DNA of 64,000 nt. Origin: Dehalococcoidia bacterium (GTDB taxonomy: Bacteria; Chloroflexota; Dehalococcoidia; Plut-88900). Under the pieces are notes generated by a model. It saw only the letters and a program-made list of their open reading frames with translations. It searched no databases and had not been told where the DNA came from. Positions 19,711-30,116 of the stretch are shown here, piece by piece. A program made the position numbers and the translations under genes. Within the stretch, counting starts at the first letter, position 1. Each line of letters opens with the position of its first letter. Location: contig CBDBLV010000005.1 of NCBI GenBank assembly GCA_965207225.1, positions 1,312,001 through 1,376,000 of the forward strand, written 5' to 3'.

Positions 19711-21063
19711 ATGGCAGCCACCCAGACCCCGACCGCCGGTGAACTGAAGGAGATGGCCCTTAACTATTTCTGGCCGCATTCCCAGCAGGTAGCGGACTTC
19801 GAGAAGGAGGACGGGCTCCACGTGATGGCAGACGGGGAAGGGTGCTGGGTGGAGGACACGGAGGGGAGGAAGTACATAGATGTGCTTTCAGGGATGTGGC
19901 TGAAGAACATCGGCTACGGGCGGAAGGAGATTGCGGAGGCGGTCTACCAGCAGATGCAGACGATCACGTACTCGCCGGAGAACACCACGAACGTGCCTGC
20001 GCTGCAGCTGTCCAAGAGGCTGGCGGGCCTGTCCCGGGACAAGGAGTCTCGGGCTTTCCTGGTAAGCGGGGGGTCGGAGGCGGTGGAGTCGGCGTTGAAG
20101 ATGGCGAAGGCGTACCACAAGAACAGGGGGGAGGCGGGTCGGTACAAGGTCATCAGCCGGCAGAACTCATATCACGGGGCGACGTTTGCATTGATGAGCC
20201 TGGGAGGATACCCGGGGACCCAGGGTTTCGGGCCCCTGGTACCGGGCAACATTCACGTGCCCACGCCGGACCATTACGGAAGCCAATCCGGTGGCGGCGA
20301 CGTGGAGAGCGCAAAAGAAATCGAACGGGCGATTTTACATGAGGGGCCGGAAACGGTGGCGGCAGTAATTGGAGAACCGATTTCCACGTCCAAGATGGCA
20401 GTGCCGCATCCCGAATACTGGCCGACGGTCAGAGAGATATGCGACAAGTACGGCGTCCTGCTGATAGTCGATGAGGTGATCACGGGATTCGGGCGGACGG
20501 GGAAGATGTTCGCCTCCGAGCACTGGGACCTGCAGCCCGACATAATGACAATGGCGAAGGGGCTTTCGAGTGGATATCTGCCGATCGGGGCAGCGGTGGC
20601 GAGGAAGTCGGTGGCGGACGAATTCATAGGCGGGGAGGACAAGACGTTCAAGCACCTGTTCACGTTTGGAGGGAACCCGGTTTCCTGTGCGGCGTCCATG
20701 GCCAACCTGGACATCCTGGAGAACGAGGGCCTGATAGAAAACTCTGCGGCGATGGGGACGTACCTACACGAGCAACTTCAGACGCTGTACGAGCACCCGA
20801 TTGTCGGGGAGGTGCGGGGCGGTCTAGGGCTACTGGCGGGGGTGGAGATAGTAAAGGACCGGGACACGAAGGAGAAGTTCGCCGAGGACTCGGGGCTGGG
20901 GCAGCTGCTGACCGAGGGATTCCTGAACCACCAGATCCTGACTCGGCAGCGGGGCAACCTGATATTCCTGAGCCCACCCCTGTGCATAACGAAGGACGAA
21001 GTCGACTTCATAGTAAGCAACCTGAGCGAGATCCTGGGCGAGGTAAGCGAGAAGCTAGCCTAA
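19711..21063 (+). CDS. Class III PLP-dependent aminotransferase
   Basis: SGGSEAVE, SYHG, DEVITGFGRTG, DIMTMAKGLSSGY; AAGGAG RBS. Confidence 0.92.
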   Translation: MAATQTPTAGELKEMALNYFWPHSQQVADFEKEDGLHVMADGEGCWVEDTEGRKYIDVLSGMWLKNIGYGRKEIAEAVYQQMQTITYSPENTTNVPALQLSKRLAGLSRDKESRAFLVSGGSEAVESALKMAKAYHKNRGEAGRYKVISRQNSYHGATFALMSLGGYPGTQGFGPLVPGNIHVPTPDHYGSQSGGGDVESAKEIERAILHEGPETVAAVIGEPISTSKMAVPHPEYWPTVREICDKYGVLLIVDEVITGFGRTGKMFASEHWDLQPDIMTMAKGLSSGYLPIGAAVARKSVADEFIGGEDKTFKHLFTFGGNPVSCAASMANLDILENEGLIENSAAMGTYLHEQLQTLYEHPIVGEVRGGLGLLAGVEIVKDRDTKEKFAEDSGLGQLLTEGFLNHQILTRQRGNLIFLSPPLCITKDEVDFIVSNLSEILGEVSEKLA

Positions 21064-21078
21064 TCCCTGGTTTCCGGG

Positions 21079-21990
21079 ATGAAGTACGGGATTACGCTCA
21101 AGGAGAGCGGGGGTGATGCCACGGCGCAGGCGAAGGAGGCGGAGGAGTTAGGCTTCGACACGCTGTGGGCGGGGGAGCACGTAGTCTGGCGACATCCAAT
21201 CCACGACAGCCTGATGCAGATGGCCGCGGCAGCGGCTGTAACGGAACGCATCAGGCTGGGCACGGCTATCGTGCTGATTCCTCTGAAGCACCCGATTCTG
21301 ATGTGCAAGGCGGTGACGACGCTGGACCACATCTCCGGGGGGAGGGTGGACTTCGGGATTGGCATTGGCGGCGAGTACCCGAAGGAATTCGAGGCGATGG
21401 GGGTGCCGGTGAACGAGCGCGGGCCGCGGGCGAACGAGATACTTCGGCTGATGAAGAGGCTTTGGACTGAGGAGTCGGTGACGTTTTCGGGGCGGTTCTA
21501 TGAAATGGAGGACATCGGGCTGGAGCCGCACCCGGTGCAGAAGCCGCATCCGCCAATCTACGTGGGCGGGAGGCGGAAGTCGGTGCGGAGGACGGGACTT
21601 TATGGGGACGGGTGGATCCCATACATGTACTCGCCGGAACTGTTCAAGGAGGGGTGGACGCAGATCGTGGAGATTGCGGAGGGGGCGGGTCGGGACCCGG
21701 GGGGGATAGACCCGACGGTGTGGGTGCCGATCTGCATTGCGGATGACTACGACGAGGCGGCCCGGATGTCGAGCCAGGCACTGGGGGGAGACTACGGGCA
21801 GTCTTTCGATGCGCTTGTGCGGAAATATGCGCTGCTGGGGACGCCGGAGCAGATCGTGGGGCGGATGGGGGAGTACCGGGAGGCGGGGGTGGAGCATTTC
21901 ATATTCAGTCCCTCGGGGCCGGAGGAGGTGACGGCGGAGATGCCGGGGCGGATTGCTCGGGAGGTTATTCCGCTTTTCGGTGGGGGGTAA
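21079..21990 (+). CDS. LLM-class (luciferase-like) flavin-dependent oxidoreductase
   Basis: AEELGFDTLWAGEH, TERIRLGTAI, LDHISGGR, PVQKPHPPIYVGG. Confidence 0.9.
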   Translation: MKYGITLKESGGDATAQAKEAEELGFDTLWAGEHVVWRHPIHDSLMQMAAAAAVTERIRLGTAIVLIPLKHPILMCKAVTTLDHISGGRVDFGIGIGGEYPKEFEAMGVPVNERGPRANEILRLMKRLWTEESVTFSGRFYEMEDIGLEPHPVQKPHPPIYVGGRRKSVRRTGLYGDGWIPYMYSPELFKEGWTQIVEIAEGAGRDPGGIDPTVWVPICIADDYDEAARMSSQALGGDYGQSFDALVRKYALLGTPEQIVGRMGEYREAGVEHFIFSPSGPEEVTAEMPGRIAREVIPLFGGG

Positions 21991-22206
21991 GGGGCCCCCG
22001 CCCCCCAGCGGAACCCTCACCCCCTTGATCCCCCTCTCCACCTCGAGGGACTCGGGGCAGGCCCCTAATGCAGTACTAAGGGGAAGGGGAGGGTGGATGT
22101 AATGGATGTGGGTGGGCAAGTCCTAGATCCCTCGCGGAGCCTCGGGATGACAATGGTATAAGGTTCTCCTGAAGGGTGAGGCAAAGAAGAATAGAGGTGG
22201 GGGGAT

Positions 22207-23376
22207 TTAGGAGATGTTGTAGAGGCGGGCGCAGTTGTCCCAGAGGATTTCGCGCTGGCTGGACTCGGGGACGCCTTCAAGGGAAAGGAAGGTCTCGATG
22301 GCGTGGGGGTAGGCGGAATCGTTGTGGGGCCAGTCGGTGGAGATGACGAGGTTCTTGGAGCCGATGGCCTGGATGGTGTACTTGACGAGGGCCTCGTCGG
22401 GGTCTACTGAGACGAAGCAGCGTTCCTGGAAGTATTCGCTCGGGGGGCGGGTGAGGCGGAAGCGCTCCTTGTCGCCCATCATTTCCTCGTGCTCGTCGAG
22501 GCAGTAGAGCCACCAGGGGACCCAGCTGCTGTGACCTTCCAAGAAGGCGGCCTTGAGGGTCGGGTTTCTCTGGAGAACCCCGCCGGAGAGCATGTTGCCG
22601 AGGGTGCATATCAGCTCGACAGGGTGGGCAACGGAGTGGCCGAGGGCGTGGTTGTCCATGTAGCGGCGGGCGAGGTGGTTCTGGTAGGCCATCTGGATGC
22701 CGTGGAAGGACACGGGGACGCCGAGGGACTGGGCGGTGTTCCAGAAGGGGTCGTAGCAGGGGTCGTACCAGGGGCGTTGGAGGACCGGGTTGCTGGGGAG
22801 GACCAGGGTCACGGCGCCGAGGGTGTTGACGGCGTACTCGGCCTCCTGGATGGCGAGGTTAACATCGTGCATGGGGACGAGGGCGCCGAGCTTGAGGATG
22901 GATGGGTCTGCGTCGCAGTAGTCACGGAGCCAGAGGTTGAAAGCCCGGCAGATAGCGGCGGCCAGGTAGGGGTCCATGTCGTCGTAGCCTATTACGTGGG
23001 CGCCCATGGTGCGGAAGCAGATGGCTACATCAAGGCCTTCCACCTTGACGGCTTCGAGCATGTGCTCGGGTCGGGAGCCTTCCTCCTCGCCGGGGCCGAG
23101 GCTGCCGGACAGGTGCTTGTCGGGCTGGTAGGTGCCTTCGGATTCCGCCTTTCGCCGGGCGATTTCGTTGCGGATATCGAGGCCGCGCTGGCGTTCGGGG
23201 AGGTCAATGAAGGCGGGTAGGGGTCTGCCGTTGGAGTACCAGGTCTCGCCTCCGCCGTTCATGGACATCTTGCGGGGGGCGAGGTCTTTGAAGGCGGGGT
23301 CGATGTAGTCGGTCCACAGGTCCGGGGGTTCGGAGACGTGGATGTCGCTGTCCATGACTTTGAAGCCGTTGTTCAT
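22207..23376 (-). CDS. Amidohydrolase_2 family protein
   Basis: DSDIH metal motif, FLEG, STDWPHND, ILWDNCARLY. Confidence 0.88.
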   Translation of the reverse strand: MNNGFKVMDSDIHVSEPPDLWTDYIDPAFKDLAPRKMSMNGGGETWYSNGRPLPAFIDLPERQRGLDIRNEIARRKAESEGTYQPDKHLSGSLGPGEEEGSRPEHMLEAVKVEGLDVAICFRTMGAHVIGYDDMDPYLAAAICRAFNLWLRDYCDADPSILKLGALVPMHDVNLAIQEAEYAVNTLGAVTLVLPSNPVLQRPWYDPCYDPFWNTAQSLGVPVSFHGIQMAYQNHLARRYMDNHALGHSVAHPVELICTLGNMLSGGVLQRNPTLKAAFLEGHSSWVPWWLYCLDEHEEMMGDKERFRLTRPPSEYFQERCFVSVDPDEALVKYTIQAIGSKNLVISTDWPHNDSAYPHAIETFLSLEGVPESSQREILWDNCARLYNIS

Positions 23377-23409
23377 GGTTAAGCTCCCGAGAGTGAGAAA
23401 CGGACGGGC

Positions 23410-24507
23410 CTAGAAATTATGAATCCTGGCGACGGTGCCGCCGAGGATATTAGAGCGGTCTTCCTCGGAGAGGAAGGGACAGTGGGCTCGGTACTGGTCG
23501 AAGCACTGGCGGTAGTTCCAGAACCGCAGGACCATGGGTATATCGGTGCCGACTATGACATGGTCGGAGCCGATGCGGTTAATGATTTCCTGGACGGTGG
23601 GCTCGACGTTCCTGAAGGGGTACTGCCAGATGCCGCCAAGCTGGATGGGGAAGAGGAGCTGGAGGTTGCAGCTGTCGGACTCGAAGACCCGCCAGACCTC
23701 TTCCGGGAGGATGATGCGGTCGTCCTGGCGAAAGTTTCCCCAGGAGAGGCCGTGAGTGAGGACGACGGGGGTGTCGGGGTGGTCCTGCATCCAGTTGTAC
23801 ACGGTGTCGAGCTCCTGGAGGTAGCTGGCGGTGCCAGACTTGGCGAAGGCCTGACCGGCTTTGGGTTGGACGGTGAAGTAAATGGGGAGACCGAAGGTAG
23901 AGATGCCCTGCCAGAATTCGCGCATGGGGCCCGCGTTCCAGCTTTCGGCAAAGCCGCCGGTGGAGTAGGGGCGGGTGAAGAACTGGTAGCCGCACACGCC
24001 ACCGGCGTTCAGCCAATGCTCTACTTCCCGAAGGGCGGCGTGGGGGTCTGAGGGGATGTCGGTTTCTGGGATGTGGACGAGGCTCTTGATGCGGTCGGGG
24101 TAGCGGGCGGCGGCCTCGGAGTGGAACTTGTTGTTGCGGCCAAGGTGGGAGGCGTTGTGGAGGATGGCGATGTCGACGCGGGCGTAGTCCATTTCGGCGA
24201 TGAGGCGGTCGGCGGGCATTTCGAGGTTGTTGAGGAGGGGCGGAAGGTACTGCTTGGTGTAGGTCTCGCCTTGGTAAGTCCAAGTGAGCCGGTCCTTGTC
24301 CCGACCCCAGGTGACGTCATGGAGAACACCGGTGTCGGGGTCGGCGAGGACGGAGTTGTCGGCGAAGGCGCGGTCGCGGACTCGCCAGACGGGCTGGTGG
24401 TGGATGGACAGCTCCTGCTGGACTGCCCGCATTTTCTGGTCGAGGGTCGGGTAGCCGGCTGGGGAGTCCATGGGTTCAAAGATGTATGCGTGGCCGTCGA
24501 TCAGCAT
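23410..24507 (-). CDS. Amidohydrolase family protein
   Basis: LIDGHAY, VVLTHG, GTDIPM, ILGGT. Confidence 0.82.
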   Translation of the reverse strand: MLIDGHAYIFEPMDSPAGYPTLDQKMRAVQQELSIHHQPVWRVRDRAFADNSVLADPDTGVLHDVTWGRDKDRLTWTYQGETYTKQYLPPLLNNLEMPADRLIAEMDYARVDIAILHNASHLGRNNKFHSEAAARYPDRIKSLVHIPETDIPSDPHAALREVEHWLNAGGVCGYQFFTRPYSTGGFAESWNAGPMREFWQGISTFGLPIYFTVQPKAGQAFAKSGTASYLQELDTVYNWMQDHPDTPVVLTHGLSWGNFRQDDRIILPEEVWRVFESDSCNLQLLFPIQLGGIWQYPFRNVEPTVQEIINRIGSDHVIVGTDIPMVLRFWNYRQCFDQYRAHCPFLSEEDRSNILGGTVARIHNF

Positions 24508-24594
24508 GGTAAATCGCCCCCGAGTTTAACGCGTTGCCGCCGCTTCGGAGAGAACATTATACTTGACCGACATCCCCCCCGACGCGGAAGGCAA

Positions 24595-25788
24595 ATGAGC
24601 AGAATACTTGATGGGATTCGGGTCCTGGAGATAGCGAACTGGCTGGCGGCGCCGGCAGCCGGGGCCCTGCTGTGCGACCTGGGGGCGGAGGTGATCAAGG
24701 TCGAGCCGCACAGGGGGGACCCGTGGCGCGGATACAAGCAGACCGACCCGGAAAACTACGCGTTCGAGCAGGACAACCGGGGAAAGAGGAGCATTGCGCT
24801 GGACCTGAGCAAGCAGGGGTCTCGGGAGATAGTGCACAAGATTGCCGAGAGCGTGGACGTGTTCGTGACGAACCTGCTGCCGAGGCGCCGGGAAAGGTTC
24901 GGGGTGACGTATGAGGATTTGAAGGCTCTCAACTCGCGCCTTATATACATATCCTTTACGGGGTATGGGGAGAAGGGGCCGATGTACGACAGGCTGGGGA
25001 TGGACTTCGGGGCGTTCTGGTCAAGATCAGGGATCATGAACCTGATGGGGTGGCCGGATGAGCCGCCGATACTGCAGCGGGGCGGGATGGGCGACCACTC
25101 AACGTCGCTGGGGCTGCTGGCGGGTGTGCTGGGGGCTCTCTATCACAGGGAGAGGACGGGAGAGGGACAGGAGCTGTGGGGGTCGCTGTTTGCGACGGGC
25201 CTTTGGGTTATCGGGACGGACCTGCAGAGGACGCTGGTGAATGGTCAGGATGCGAAACGAAGGCCGTACCGAAATGAGAACGAGAGCCCGATAACGAACT
25301 GGTACAAGGCGAAGGACGGCAAGTGGCTGATCCTGGAGAACCCGAACCCCGACCCCTACTGGAAGAGGGCGTGTCGGGCGCTGGGGCTGGGGGATTTGGA
25401 GCACGTGGAGAAATATTCCACGGTGGAGGGGTTGCTGGAGGACTGCGTGGAGCTAAATGCGTTGTTTGACAAGATATTCGCGACGAAGACCCGGGACGAG
25501 TGGGCGCCTCTGTTGACGGAGCACGAGGTGATATGGGCGCCGATCCAGAATATGTTAGAGGCCGCGGAGGACCCGCAGGCGGAGGCGATCGGGGTATACG
25601 AGAGGGTGGAGCACCCGGAGTACGGGGAATACAAAGTAATCAATTTCCCAGTGAAGTTCAGCGGGACGGAGAACGGGGCCCGGGGGCCGGCGCCCCTGGT
25701 CGGGCAGCACACGGAGGAGGTGCTGCTGGAGTACGGGTATTCGTGGGGGAAGATCGAGGGGTTGAAGGGTGAGGGGGTTATTCCGTAG
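24595..25788 (+). CDS. CoA-transferase family III (CaiB/BaiF)
   Basis: LDGIRVLE, LGAEVIKVEP, NRGKRSIALDL, GMGD, APLVGQHTEEVL; start at the MSRILD ATG. Confidence 0.92.
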   Translation: MSRILDGIRVLEIANWLAAPAAGALLCDLGAEVIKVEPHRGDPWRGYKQTDPENYAFEQDNRGKRSIALDLSKQGSREIVHKIAESVDVFVTNLLPRRRERFGVTYEDLKALNSRLIYISFTGYGEKGPMYDRLGMDFGAFWSRSGIMNLMGWPDEPPILQRGGMGDHSTSLGLLAGVLGALYHRERTGEGQELWGSLFATGLWVIGTDLQRTLVNGQDAKRRPYRNENESPITNWYKAKDGKWLILENPNPDPYWKRACRALGLGDLEHVEKYSTVEGLLEDCVELNALFDKIFATKTRDEWAPLLTEHEVIWAPIQNMLEAAEDPQAEAIGVYERVEHPEYGEYKVINFPVKFSGTENGARGPAPLVGQHTEEVLLEYGYSWGKIEGLKGEGVIP

Positions 25789-25822
25789 GGGGTTGGGTGG
25801 CATTGCAGGGAGAGAAGAAATC

Positions 25823-25859
25823 ACCCTCACCCTGACCCTCTCCCGTCAAGGTAGAGGGG
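25823..25859. repeat. REP-like palindrome CCCTCACCC..CCTCTCCC...GGGAGAGGG
   Basis: Related copies near 14557, 27015 and 34203. Confidence 0.75.
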
Positions 25860-26052
25860 ATTTCGCGCAATCGAGCACAGCTTTCTTGCCTGTTCTGGGC
25901 GATAGGCGCTTGAGATTCCTCGCGGGGCCTCGGAATGACATGTAAGTTGGTGTTGCGCTAGGCGAAGCTGAGGCTTTGGCAGGTGTGGGCCTCTAGTTCA
26001 GCACTTTGGGGAGGGATGGGTTCCGGCTTGGGGGGCGGAATGATGAGGGGGT

Positions 26053-26487
26053 CTACAGGAGGGCGGAGGCTTGGCCTACGAGGACTTTTTTGTTGTTCTG
26101 GTCTTCGGCCCAGATGTTGAGGTGGACGGTGCGGCTATCTACTTTGGAGACTTCGGCGTGGTAGGTCAGGGTGTCGCCGTACCAGACGGGGGCGATGAAC
26201 TTGGTGGTCAAGGTGCCGCCTTCGATCCAGCCTTTGGGGTCGGGGAGCCAGCGGGAGATGAGGACGGAGAAGAAGGCCTCGGTGAGGACCCCCTGGGCGA
26301 TGGGTTCCTGGTACATGGTCTGGGCGGCGGCTTCACGGTCGGCGTGGAAGCTGGCCTTCCAGTCGCTGCGGGCGGCAATTCTCTCGAAGAGTTCTTCGTA
26401 GGCGATGACCATTTCCTCGGTGATGGTGCGGGTGATGGTGGGGAGGCGGTCGCCTACGTTGATTGCCTGCGATGGGGCTTGGGTCAC
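26053..26487 (-). CDS. MaoC/hotdog-fold dehydratase family protein
   Basis: H.D.E.A...PIAQG, KFIAPVWYGDTL. Confidence 0.8.
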   Translation of the reverse strand: MTQAPSQAINVGDRLPTITRTITEEMVIAYEELFERIAARSDWKASFHADREAAAQTMYQEPIAQGVLTEAFFSVLISRWLPDPKGWIEGGTLTTKFIAPVWYGDTLTYHAEVSKVDSRTVHLNIWAEDQNNKKVLVGQASALL

Positions 26488-26503
26488 GGGAGTCTCCTCG
26501 GGG

Positions 26504-26977
26504 CTAGGGGGTGGGGGCGGCGGTGGCCTCGCTGGGCCAGACGCTGGCGTGGTACTTCTCGGCGACGAGGGCGCCGTTCTGGTTCCGGCTCTCGATCTGG
26601 AAGGCGAGGTACTGTTGGCCCCGTTTCACCCACTTGTCGACGATCTTCATGTTGCTGGTGATGGTGTCGCCGGGGTAAACGGGGGCGATGAACTTGAAGC
26701 CGGAGCGGGAGTGGAAGGACTCGCCGGGGCGGCGGTAGCCGGCGGCATCAAGAATGGCTATAAAGTGGGCGTAGCAGTTCATGAGGACGGGGATAGAGAC
26801 GATATCGGAGTATCCGGCGTCTCTGGCTGAGGTCGGGTCCCGGAAGACGGGGAGGTCTTCATCGAGGAGGTCGACGAGGCGGTTTGCGAGGTCTCGGGTG
26901 ACGTGGAAGACGTAGGGGGTGAATTCGAAGCCTACCTGGGCATCTTCGTAGGTGAGGGGGGTTGGGGGGTTGTTCAT
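26504..26977 (-). CDS. MaoC dehydratase N-terminal-type (hotdog) protein
   Basis: P.F.D...A..AGY, FKFIAPVYPGDTI; likely heterodimer partner of the adjacent gene. Confidence 0.78.
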   Translation of the reverse strand: MNNPPTPLTYEDAQVGFEFTPYVFHVTRDLANRLVDLLDEDLPVFRDPTSARDAGYSDIVSIPVLMNCYAHFIAILDAAGYRRPGESFHSRSGFKFIAPVYPGDTITSNMKIVDKWVKRGQQYLAFQIESRNQNGALVAEKYHASVWPSEATAAPTP

Positions 26978-27086
26978 GTTGGTTTGCTCAAGAGGTGGAG
27001 AATGATCTCTACCTTCACCCTCACCCCGACCCTCTCCCTTGACGGGAGAGGGGGTGGGACACCTCCCCGCTCCTCAGTTTGGGGAG

Positions 27087-27350
27087 TTAGCCGCCGGCGA
27101 TGGCGTTGAGGAAGTGGACTTCGCTGTCTTCCCGGACTTTTTCGAGGGCGCCGAGCTGGGAGACCTCGCCGTCAACGGCGACGGAGAAGATGGGTTTGAG
27201 GCGGCCGTTCTCCATGAGTCGGTCCTGTATGCCGGGGAACATCTCGTCGAGGTTCTTGACGATTTGACGAACGGTAGCCCCCTCAATTTCGACGCGATCC
27301 TTGCCCCCGGAGAGGGTGCGCATCAGGGAAGGTATGAAGACCGTGGCCAT
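27087..27350 (-). CDS. MoaD/ThiS family sulfur carrier
   Basis: 87-aa beta-grasp-like protein ending AIAGG. Confidence 0.88.
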   Translation of the reverse strand: MATVFIPSLMRTLSGGKDRVEIEGATVRQIVKNLDEMFPGIQDRLMENGRLKPIFSVAVDGEVSQLGALEKVREDSEVHFLNAIAGG

Positions 27351-27354
27351 GGAC

Positions 27355-29634
27355 TCAGCTCCCGGAGTTGCCGTTGCCGAGAGCGGCCAATACGGCCGGG
27401 GGATTCATGGGGAGGTTCTCCATGCGGACGCCCATAGCGTCGTAGATGGCGTTGGCGATGGCTGCTGGGGGAGAGATAATGCTGGCCTCTCCGACGCCGC
27501 GAACGCCGTAAGGGTGGCCGGGGTTGGCCACTTCGACGATAACGGTGTCGATCATGGGGAGGTCAAGGGAAGTGGGCATGCGGTAGTCGAGGAGGGTGAA
27601 GTTGTCCATGCCACCCTCGGAGTTCATGTAGTACTCCTCATTGATGCCCCAGCCGATGCCCTGGACGCTGCCGCCCTGCATCTGGCCCTCCACGTAGGAT
27701 GGGTGGACGGCTTTCCCAACGTCCTGTACGCAGGTGAAGCGTAGGACGGTAACCTTTCCGGTCTCCGGGTCCACCTCCACGTCTGCGATGGCGCCGGCGA
27801 AGGAGACGCCGACACCCTTGGGGTCGACGGTGGACTTGCCAACGACGCCTCCGCCGGTCTCGTTCATCTGCCGGGCGAGATCCTTGAAGGTTGTGGAGAG
27901 CTCGGGGTCGGATTTGGACTTGAAGACGCTCTTGTTGAACTCCACGTCGTCGGGGTCGATTTCCCAGATGAGGGCGGCGCGCCTGATCATCTCGTCCCGG
28001 ACGTCTACTGCGGCTTCGTGGGCGGCCCAGCCGGTGGCGAAAGATGTGCGGCTGCCGCCGGTCACGTCGGTGTAGCCGATGGAGTCGGTGTCAACGACGG
28101 TGGGGTTAACGTCCTCGGCGGGGATGCCGAGGACCTCGGCGGCCTGCATAGCGATGGAGGCCCGGGTGCCGCCGATGTCGGTGGAGCCGGTTAGGAGGTT
28201 GATGGTGCCGTCATAGTTGACGCTTATGGAGCAGGCGGACCTCCAGCCGATGTTCATCCAGAAACCGACGGCGACGCCGCGGCCGCGGTTGACCCCTTCC
28301 AACTTGGAGTTGTAGTGGGGGTGCGCTTTCATGGCGTCGATGACCTCGGTGCTGCCGATGACGCCGTAGGAGGTTCCGTCGGCGCGGCGGGTGCCTTCTC
28401 GTGCAGCGTTGAGGGCCCGGAATTCGAGGGAAGTCATGCCGACCTTTTCGGCAAGGATGTCTACGACGGTCTCGGCGGCGAAGGCGGCATTGGTGGCGCC
28501 CGGGGCCCGGTAGGCTGCGGTCTTGGGCTTGTTGACGACGACGTCGTAGCCGTCGATTACTATATTGGGGATGTCATAGCAGGCGAATACGCAGGTGGCA
28601 CCGGCGCCAACGGGGGAGCCGGGGAATGCCCCGGCCTCGTAGGCGAGATAGGCCTGGGCGGCGGTGAGCTTTCCGTCCCTTGTGGCACCCATCTTGATCT
28701 TGATATGGGAGCCGGGGGTCGGGCCTGTGCCCTCGAAGACCTCCTTGCGGGACATCTGCATCTTGACGGGTCGGCCGGTCTTCTTAGAAAGGAGGGCGGC
28801 CACGGGTTCGAGGTAGACGGGAATCTTGCCTCCGAAGCCTCCGCCAATCTCCATGGGGGTTACCCGGATCCTGGAAACGGGGAGATCCAATATCTGGGAA
28901 AGGGATGTCCTGACGGGGAATGCGCCCTGGGTGCTGGTCCAGACGTGGAGCCGGCCGTCCTGGTTCCAGAAGGCGGTGCCGTTCTGGGGCTCAATGTAGC
29001 CCTGGTGTACGGTGGCGGTGTCAAAGTCCTTTTCGACGATGTAGTCGGCTTCTGCGAAACCTTCATTGACGTCGCCTAGTACCTGCTGGAAGTGAGTGGC
29101 AACGTTGCTCGGGTCCTTGCCGGGCTCACCCGACTCATCGGTGCGCATTTCGTCGTGGAGGATGGGGGCGTCGGGGGCCATGCCCTGGGGGGCACTGGTC
29201 ACGGGCGCGAGGACTTCGTAATCGACGTCGATAAGGGCAATTGCCTCTTCGGCGATGTGGTCGTTGACGGCGGCGACGCCAGCTACGGCGTGTCCGACAT
29301 AGAGGGCCTTTTCACCGGCGAGGACGTTGTTGCGCTGGTAGCGCCGGGTGGGTTTGTCGGAGCCGGCGCTGGGGAAGTCTTTAGAAGTTACGACGGCGCG
29401 GACGCCCTCGAGGGCTTCGGCCCTGGAGGTGTCGATGGACTTGATGCGGGCATGGGCGTGGGGGCTGCGCAGTACCTTGCCGAATAGCAGGTCTGAGGCC
29501 TTATAGTCGGCGCCGTAACGAGCGCGGCCGGTGACCTTGTCGGCGCCATCATGGCGGATAGGCCGGGTGCCGACAACATCGAATTCCTGGTTTACGAGGA
29601 CGACGTTGGAGTCGGTGCCCTGCCTGGTTGTCAA
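27355..29634 (-). CDS. Xanthine dehydrogenase family molybdopterin-binding (large) subunit
   Basis: DKVTGRARY, GGGFGGK, AYRAPG, GQMQGG, RGVGE. Confidence 0.92.
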   Translation of the reverse strand: MTTRQGTDSNVVLVNQEFDVVGTRPIRHDGADKVTGRARYGADYKASDLLFGKVLRSPHAHARIKSIDTSRAEALEGVRAVVTSKDFPSAGSDKPTRRYQRNNVLAGEKALYVGHAVAGVAAVNDHIAEEAIALIDVDYEVLAPVTSAPQGMAPDAPILHDEMRTDESGEPGKDPSNVATHFQQVLGDVNEGFAEADYIVEKDFDTATVHQGYIEPQNGTAFWNQDGRLHVWTSTQGAFPVRTSLSQILDLPVSRIRVTPMEIGGGFGGKIPVYLEPVAALLSKKTGRPVKMQMSRKEVFEGTGPTPGSHIKIKMGATRDGKLTAAQAYLAYEAGAFPGSPVGAGATCVFACYDIPNIVIDGYDVVVNKPKTAAYRAPGATNAAFAAETVVDILAEKVGMTSLEFRALNAAREGTRRADGTSYGVIGSTEVIDAMKAHPHYNSKLEGVNRGRGVAVGFWMNIGWRSACSISVNYDGTINLLTGSTDIGGTRASIAMQAAEVLGIPAEDVNPTVVDTDSIGYTDVTGGSRTSFATGWAAHEAAVDVRDEMIRRAALIWEIDPDDVEFNKSVFKSKSDPELSTTFKDLARQMNETGGGVVGKSTVDPKGVGVSFAGAIADVEVDPETGKVTVLRFTCVQDVGKAVHPSYVEGQMQGGSVQGIGWGINEEYYMNSEGGMDNFTLLDYRMPTSLDLPMIDTVIVEVANPGHPYGVRGVGEASIISPPAAIANAIYDAMGVRMENLPMNPPAVLAALGNGNSGS

Positions 29635-30116
29635 CTCTTGACCTCCTGCATCTTCTGGGCGGCGTCCATCACGGCCCGGACGATCTTGTCATAACCGGTG
29701 CAGCGGCAGAGGTTATTGGCGAGCCAGAAGCGGATGCGGTCCTCGGAGGGGTCGGGTTCCCGTTCGAGGAGGGCCTTGGCTGCGACGATGAATCCGGGGG
29801 TGCATATGCCGCACTGGAGGGCGGCGTTTTCGAGGAAGGCCTGCTGGATGGGGTGGAGGTCGTTGCCTTCGGCGACGCCTTCAATGGTCTCGATGTTGCT
29901 GCCTTCGGCCTCAACTCCGAGTACGAGGCACGAGGTGACGATGCGGCCGTCCATGTTGACGGTGCAGGCGCCACAGTTGCCGTCATTGCAGCCTTCCTTG
30001 GAACCGGTCAGGCCGATGACGTCACGCAGGCTTTCGAGGAGGCTCTGTCGGGGTTCGCAGAGGAACTCGACGTTTTCGCCGTTGATGGTTGTCTGAACGT
30101 AAGTTTTCCTAGGCAT
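29631..30116 (-). CDS. 2Fe-2S small subunit (CoxS-like)
   Basis: GCNDGNCGACTV, QCGICTPG, NLCRCTGY. Confidence 0.94.
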   Translation of the reverse strand: MPRKTYVQTTINGENVEFLCEPRQSLLESLRDVIGLTGSKEGCNDGNCGACTVNMDGRIVTSCLVLGVEAEGSNIETIEGVAEGNDLHPIQQAFLENAALQCGICTPGFIVAAKALLEREPDPSEDRIRFWLANNLCRCTGYDKIVRAVMDAAQKMQEVKS